A stretch of DNA of 28,029 bases, taken from positions 1 to 28,029 of IMG/VR virus record IMGVR_UViG_3300008255_000386; one strand, given 5' to 3'. The stretch comes from a virus. Its lineage: Duplodnaviria > Caudoviricetes. The notes under the pieces were generated by a model. It saw only the letters and a program-made list of their open reading frames with translations. It was not told the origin of the DNA and did not search any database. Positions 24,369 through 28,029 of the stretch are shown here, in pieces (position 1 is the stretch's first letter; every line of letters starts with the position of its first letter). A program made the position numbers and the translations under genes.

Positions 24369-24460
24369 TTTGTGACCTCTGCGAGAGCAAATCCGATAGC
24401 GACCAGGGCGACGCTGAAACAAATTATGGAGATAATGAGCGATACGGTACGTTTTTTCAT
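24365..24460 (-). CDS. 31-aa single-TM peptide (not in ORF track)
   Basis: MKKRTVSLIISIICFSVALVAIGFALAEVTK*; GAGGAG RBS; ATGA overlap. Confidence 0.6.
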   Translation of the reverse strand: MKKRTVSLIISIICFSVALVAIGFALAEVTK

Positions 24461-24570
24461 TTCTAAATCTCCTCGATGGATTCGATCTAGCAGCCACTAA
24501 AAACCTGTTTAGTGATCAGGTGTAACTCGGCGGCGTCCATGAACCGATTATTTTTTTAGGCAGTCATAAT

Positions 24571-24828
24571 GATTACGCCTAGTAGCTATTTATTACGCTT
24601 GATTACGGTTGTGATTACGGTTTAAGTCTTTAATATTGTTGAATGATTACTATTATTACGGTTTAAAATAGTTATATATGCGCGCGCGCGTGTGTGTTGT
24701 TTATATATTGGCGCGTGTTATTTCTCGCGCGTATACGCATAAGTTTTGCCGTAATAAGCGTAATAAGTGAATAAAAACGAGTAGTTAAACCGTAATCATA
24801 AGCGTAATCAGGCGTAATAAGCGTAATC
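24571..24828. repeat. Putative replication origin: opposed ATTACG iterons
   Basis: Six ATTAC(G) copies on the left and six CGTAAT copies on the right, around an AT-rich/alternating purine-pyrimidine core, directly after the primase gene. Confidence 0.75.
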
Positions 24829-27229
24829 ATTCGATAAAGTCTCCTGCGGTTTTGAAGTTTTCGTGGCATTCTGCGAGCCATTGCTCCTGATTAATCCCTT
24901 CATTTTTTGCATATTCTCCCGATGCCAACAGATCAATTGCAGGAATAACCATTTTTCTGGTAGTTCTATCCGGTGAGTTTGGGTATGTACGTACCGGAAA
25001 TGGACCTATTCGCCAGCCGGGCTGCATATTAAGCTCTGCGGTAAATTGCTTGAGATTGCGCGGTGATTTTTCGCAGGTGGTGGCGCAGTATTTTTGATAT
25101 GTGGTGAAAAGATGTGTGGTTTTACAGGGGCAAAATGGCGCTTTCTTAATTTCTCCTGAGTACCAATCGCGCAAAAAACTGCTAACGCTGTCAAGGCTGG
25201 CTTCGATGAGTTGCAGTTTTGCCCTGGTGCGCAGCGGTTTGGTATAAACATCAAATTCATCAAGATTATGATTTTTAAGATAATAGTGCAGGGCGGCGAT
25301 CCCACCGTTGTCCAGTTCGGCGCGTACTTCACCATAAAACTCAGCGGGGAGCTTTTCCGGGGTATGGATAACCATATAGCGCCGGTCATCATGTTCCAGG
25401 ACTAGTGGTGTTGATTCGTTGCTGAGAAAAACGAGGTTTACGTGGTTTCGCTCGTCGTGGGCAGTGACGTTTTTGGGGTTGATCCGAATCCATTCGCCAG
25501 TAACGAAGCTTTTGAGCTTATTTTTGACGTGAAACAGTTCTGTTCTGGCAACAACTTCATCTGCGATGAGAAATAGTTTGCGGCTGGCCCAGTCGTTGAA
25601 TTTATCTTCTATGGCGGACTGGTCAACGATACGCCCATATTCTCCATAAATTGCCATAATCGCTTCAAAAAAAAGATTTTTCCCAGTGCCTTGCGGGCCG
25701 TGAAAAACGAGGGCGGTTTGTAGTTTGGCACCTGGGTGTTGAATGGGGTAGGCAATCCAGGAGAGAACCCATTTGTATACCTCTTCGGGGTTTACTTCGT
25801 TGCTGCAAAGGTAGCGGAGCAACTGCAGGAGTTTGTCGCAGTTCCCTTTTTTTGGTTCGGTGGGCCACCCGCCATAAAGATTACAAAGAATCCGCGGATC
25901 CGCGCCGGCCGGATCAAAACCGACCTCATCAAGCCTCACGACGGCTTTGTGAGCGCGCATATCGCGCCAGCCATGCTCCGGAAGAATGTCGAGAACATCG
26001 GTTTTAGGGATAAGACAATGTTCCTGCCGGTCAAACATGGTGCCTTTACCGCCATAAACAAACGCGAAGCGCTCAATAGCCTCATCGATGCTGAGCATCG
26101 ATTTAAGAGAGGCTCGCAATACCCCGCCCCCCTGTGACGATAAAGGCGCAGCTTCCAAGACAGGTTTAATCCATCCCAGCTCTGACAGTTTGGCGTTGAC
26201 CTGAGCTCCAACGATACGCAGCCCCTCGCTGACATGGAGGTCGTTGAAGTCTGTCGGCCCTTTTTTATCCGTTAATCTATTGGCAAAAACGGGGATAGTC
26301 CAGGCAGCTGAGATGGTAAGTGAGGCGGCCTGAGCGCAGATAATCCCAGCGTTTTGCTTTTTGTGGGGCTGCCCGCAGTGTTGGCACTCGGTGGTGGTGA
26401 CGGTGGTTGTTTTACCGCAGCTGGCACAGGATTGAAGATGATCATCATCGGCACAGATGAGTAGATTGGCGCGCGGGTATTTTTTGTGCAGGGCCTTGCA
26501 GCCGACCAGGAGGTTGTTGGCGCTCCAGAGTGTAGCGACTGGATAGCCGGTGGCTTGGTGGAGGCTGGCGGCGGTGGCATACCCCTCGGTGATCAGGAGG
26601 ATATCGCGGGGATGATCTCCGATGAGGTGCCAGGTCCCGGACATGCCAAGACCTGCTGGGAAAAATTCTTTGTTGCGGCCGATCTTTTCAATGCGTTTAT
26701 GGCCAGTAGGCAGGATAATTTGCAAGCCACGAATAGTGTTGGTTTCGTTGCTCATGGGAATAACGACTTCACCGTTATCGCCGAAGCGGATACCGAAGGC
26801 CTTAACCTGTTTGGCGTCTAGGTAGGGGCTCGATCCAGTTGTTGTGAGTTTATCCCATGAATTTTTAGCCCTGGTAGCCGCCTTGTTTTGCTGGCGCTGG
26901 CGCTCGATTTCGGCTTTTTTGCGGGCGGCGTGTTGCTGGGCTACTAAGGCTTTTTTCTGGTCAGCGCTGAGGTTGTCGGTTTGGCTACGCTGCAGGGTTA
27001 TTTTCTGTTTTCCGTTATCGTTTCCAACGTAAATCCCATAAGCCCCGACGATATAAGATTCTCCATTGATACTAATGGAGCTTAGCCAGTACCACCCACT
27101 TTTTTCGCGTGGGTTGTCTTCGGTTTTGCAGCGCCGTACACGATCCGTATCGACCTCAAGATTTTCGACCAATAGGCCGTAGCCGCGCAGCTGATCAACA
27201 ACATCTGTGTAATTGGCGTGGTAGCTCAT
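24827..27229 (-). CDS. Primase-helicase (TOPRIM plus SF3/DUF5906-type NTPase)
   Basis: TEGYAT, ADDD and DFNDL (TOPRIM) with a CxxC-CxxC insert; GPQGTGKN Walker A; IADE Walker B; FLSN; DRR. Confidence 0.9.
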   Translation of the reverse strand: MSYHANYTDVVDQLRGYGLLVENLEVDTDRVRRCKTEDNPREKSGWYWLSSISINGESYIVGAYGIYVGNDNGKQKITLQRSQTDNLSADQKKALVAQQHAARKKAEIERQRQQNKAATRAKNSWDKLTTTGSSPYLDAKQVKAFGIRFGDNGEVVIPMSNETNTIRGLQIILPTGHKRIEKIGRNKEFFPAGLGMSGTWHLIGDHPRDILLITEGYATAASLHQATGYPVATLWSANNLLVGCKALHKKYPRANLLICADDDHLQSCASCGKTTTVTTTECQHCGQPHKKQNAGIICAQAASLTISAAWTIPVFANRLTDKKGPTDFNDLHVSEGLRIVGAQVNAKLSELGWIKPVLEAAPLSSQGGGVLRASLKSMLSIDEAIERFAFVYGGKGTMFDRQEHCLIPKTDVLDILPEHGWRDMRAHKAVVRLDEVGFDPAGADPRILCNLYGGWPTEPKKGNCDKLLQLLRYLCSNEVNPEEVYKWVLSWIAYPIQHPGAKLQTALVFHGPQGTGKNLFFEAIMAIYGEYGRIVDQSAIEDKFNDWASRKLFLIADEVVARTELFHVKNKLKSFVTGEWIRINPKNVTAHDERNHVNLVFLSNESTPLVLEHDDRRYMVIHTPEKLPAEFYGEVRAELDNGGIAALHYYLKNHNLDEFDVYTKPLRTRAKLQLIEASLDSVSSFLRDWYSGEIKKAPFCPCKTTHLFTTYQKYCATTCEKSPRNLKQFTAELNMQPGWRIGPFPVRTYPNSPDRTTRKMVIPAIDLLASGEYAKNEGINQEQWLAECHENFKTAGDFIE

Positions 27230-27531
27230 CCCTGGTCACCCTTTGAAAGGATTTGCTGCACGGTGCAGCCAGGGAATTCAAGTTTTACTTTCATGATTTG
27301 TTCGACCATCTCAGGCAGACAGTCGCGCATTATGGCGATTTCTCCGCCGTTAAAAAGAGGTAGGCCCTTGGCACAGGCTTCATCAATTACGGATTGCGGT
27401 GTTATTTGGGCGGTGCAGACCATAATTTTTCGACCGGAGCGGGTAGGCTTGATTGTGACAATATATTCAGGTCTCTTCAGCGGTTTCGTGACCGGTTCGG
27501 TTTCTATCGGCATGAGGTCAAACAGGCTCAT
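27226..27531 (-). CDS. Hypothetical protein coupled to the primase
   Basis: 101 aa with ATGA overlaps at both ends. Confidence 0.7.
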   Translation of the reverse strand: MSLFDLMPIETEPVTKPLKRPEYIVTIKPTRSGRKIMVCTAQITPQSVIDEACAKGLPLFNGGEIAIMRDCLPEMVEQIMKVKLEFPGCTVQQILSKGDQG

Positions 27532-27929
27532 GATTTCACCTCGGTCTGATCCGCAAGCCGCTTACTCCAGCTACTGACGGTTTCCGTGGTAATACTGAGG
27601 GTTGAGGCGATCTGACCGTTTGATGCGCCGAGGCCAACAAATAGGCAAAACAGAAAAAGGTCGCGCGGGGTCAGGTGGGCACCTTCAAGGATAGTCCCTT
27701 TAGTGGCGCGCGGTTGCTGGCCACAACCAGGGCAGGTAAAACGAGACAAATTATGGAAACTTTGCAGTGTGCGCTCGTGGGTGATTGCGGCGCCGCAATC
27801 CGGGCACTGCGGCCCTGACGGGTAACAGCGCTCCAGCCACCAGCGCGTGCATTCAGCAGCATCGAAAAATTTGGCATCAACCAACCTCAACACCTCGGCG
27901 GGTAGATCATGCGGGTTTTTATTACTCAT
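27528..27929 (-). CDS. IS1595-transposase-like Zn-ribbon plus HTH protein lacking the DDE domain
   Basis: YPSGPQCPDCG...RFTCPGC.....TKGTILE...L, then IASTLSITTETVSSW. Confidence 0.7.
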   Translation of the reverse strand: MSNKNPHDLPAEVLRLVDAKFFDAAECTRWWLERCYPSGPQCPDCGAAITHERTLQSFHNLSRFTCPGCGQQPRATKGTILEGAHLTPRDLFLFCLFVGLGASNGQIASTLSITTETVSSWSKRLADQTEVKS

Positions 27930-28029
27930 CGGTAACACCAATCAACTAGGCAAAAAAAACTAAAAATAATCATTTTTTCATTCTGCGTTCATCTTTTAAA
28001 CGGACGCAGATATTGCGCGCTTGCTCACC

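Noticed and set aside
24143-24560. Further integron cassettes after the attC
   Set aside because: No second attC or TGGTAAC inverse core; the genes are coupled phage genes.
896-27577. Numerous + strand ORFs in the track (e.g. 13955-14734, 16663-17412, 19848-20456)
   Set aside because: They are antisense shadows of recognisable - strand genes in GC-rich DNA, with no motifs of their own.
1-28029. DGR template repeat or avd gene elsewhere in the window
   Set aside because: No second, AAC-rich copy of the VR and no Avd-like ORF were seen by eye; one may exist outside the window.

Overview
Most of a lambda-like temperate siphophage genome, almost all on the - strand. In transcription order (right to left): IS1595-like Zn-ribbon/HTH gene, TOPRIM primase-SF3 helicase with an iteron origin, an integron integrase (intI) with attI and one attC cassette, terminase subunits, a small HTH regulator, a two-gene accessory module, head genes, lysis genes, tail genes, a C-type-lectin-fold receptor-binding protein and a reverse-transcriptase fragment. 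At the far left are the 3' end of a large serine recombinase (+) and a promoter-driven 5' half of a tRNA, which looks like attP. Highlights: (1) an apparently complete integron inside the phage replication-packaging operon. Its single cassette carries a reverse-oriented HTH/alpha-CTD gene, and a second near-identical attI lies 5.63 kb away at the edge of the accessory module. (2) A collapsed diversity-generating retroelement, with the target variable region abutting the RT C-terminus and no TR, avd or RT catalytic core. (3) A tail-tip protein with two repeat arms of exactly equal length (252 bp each). All product calls come from motif recognition by eye; no searches were run.
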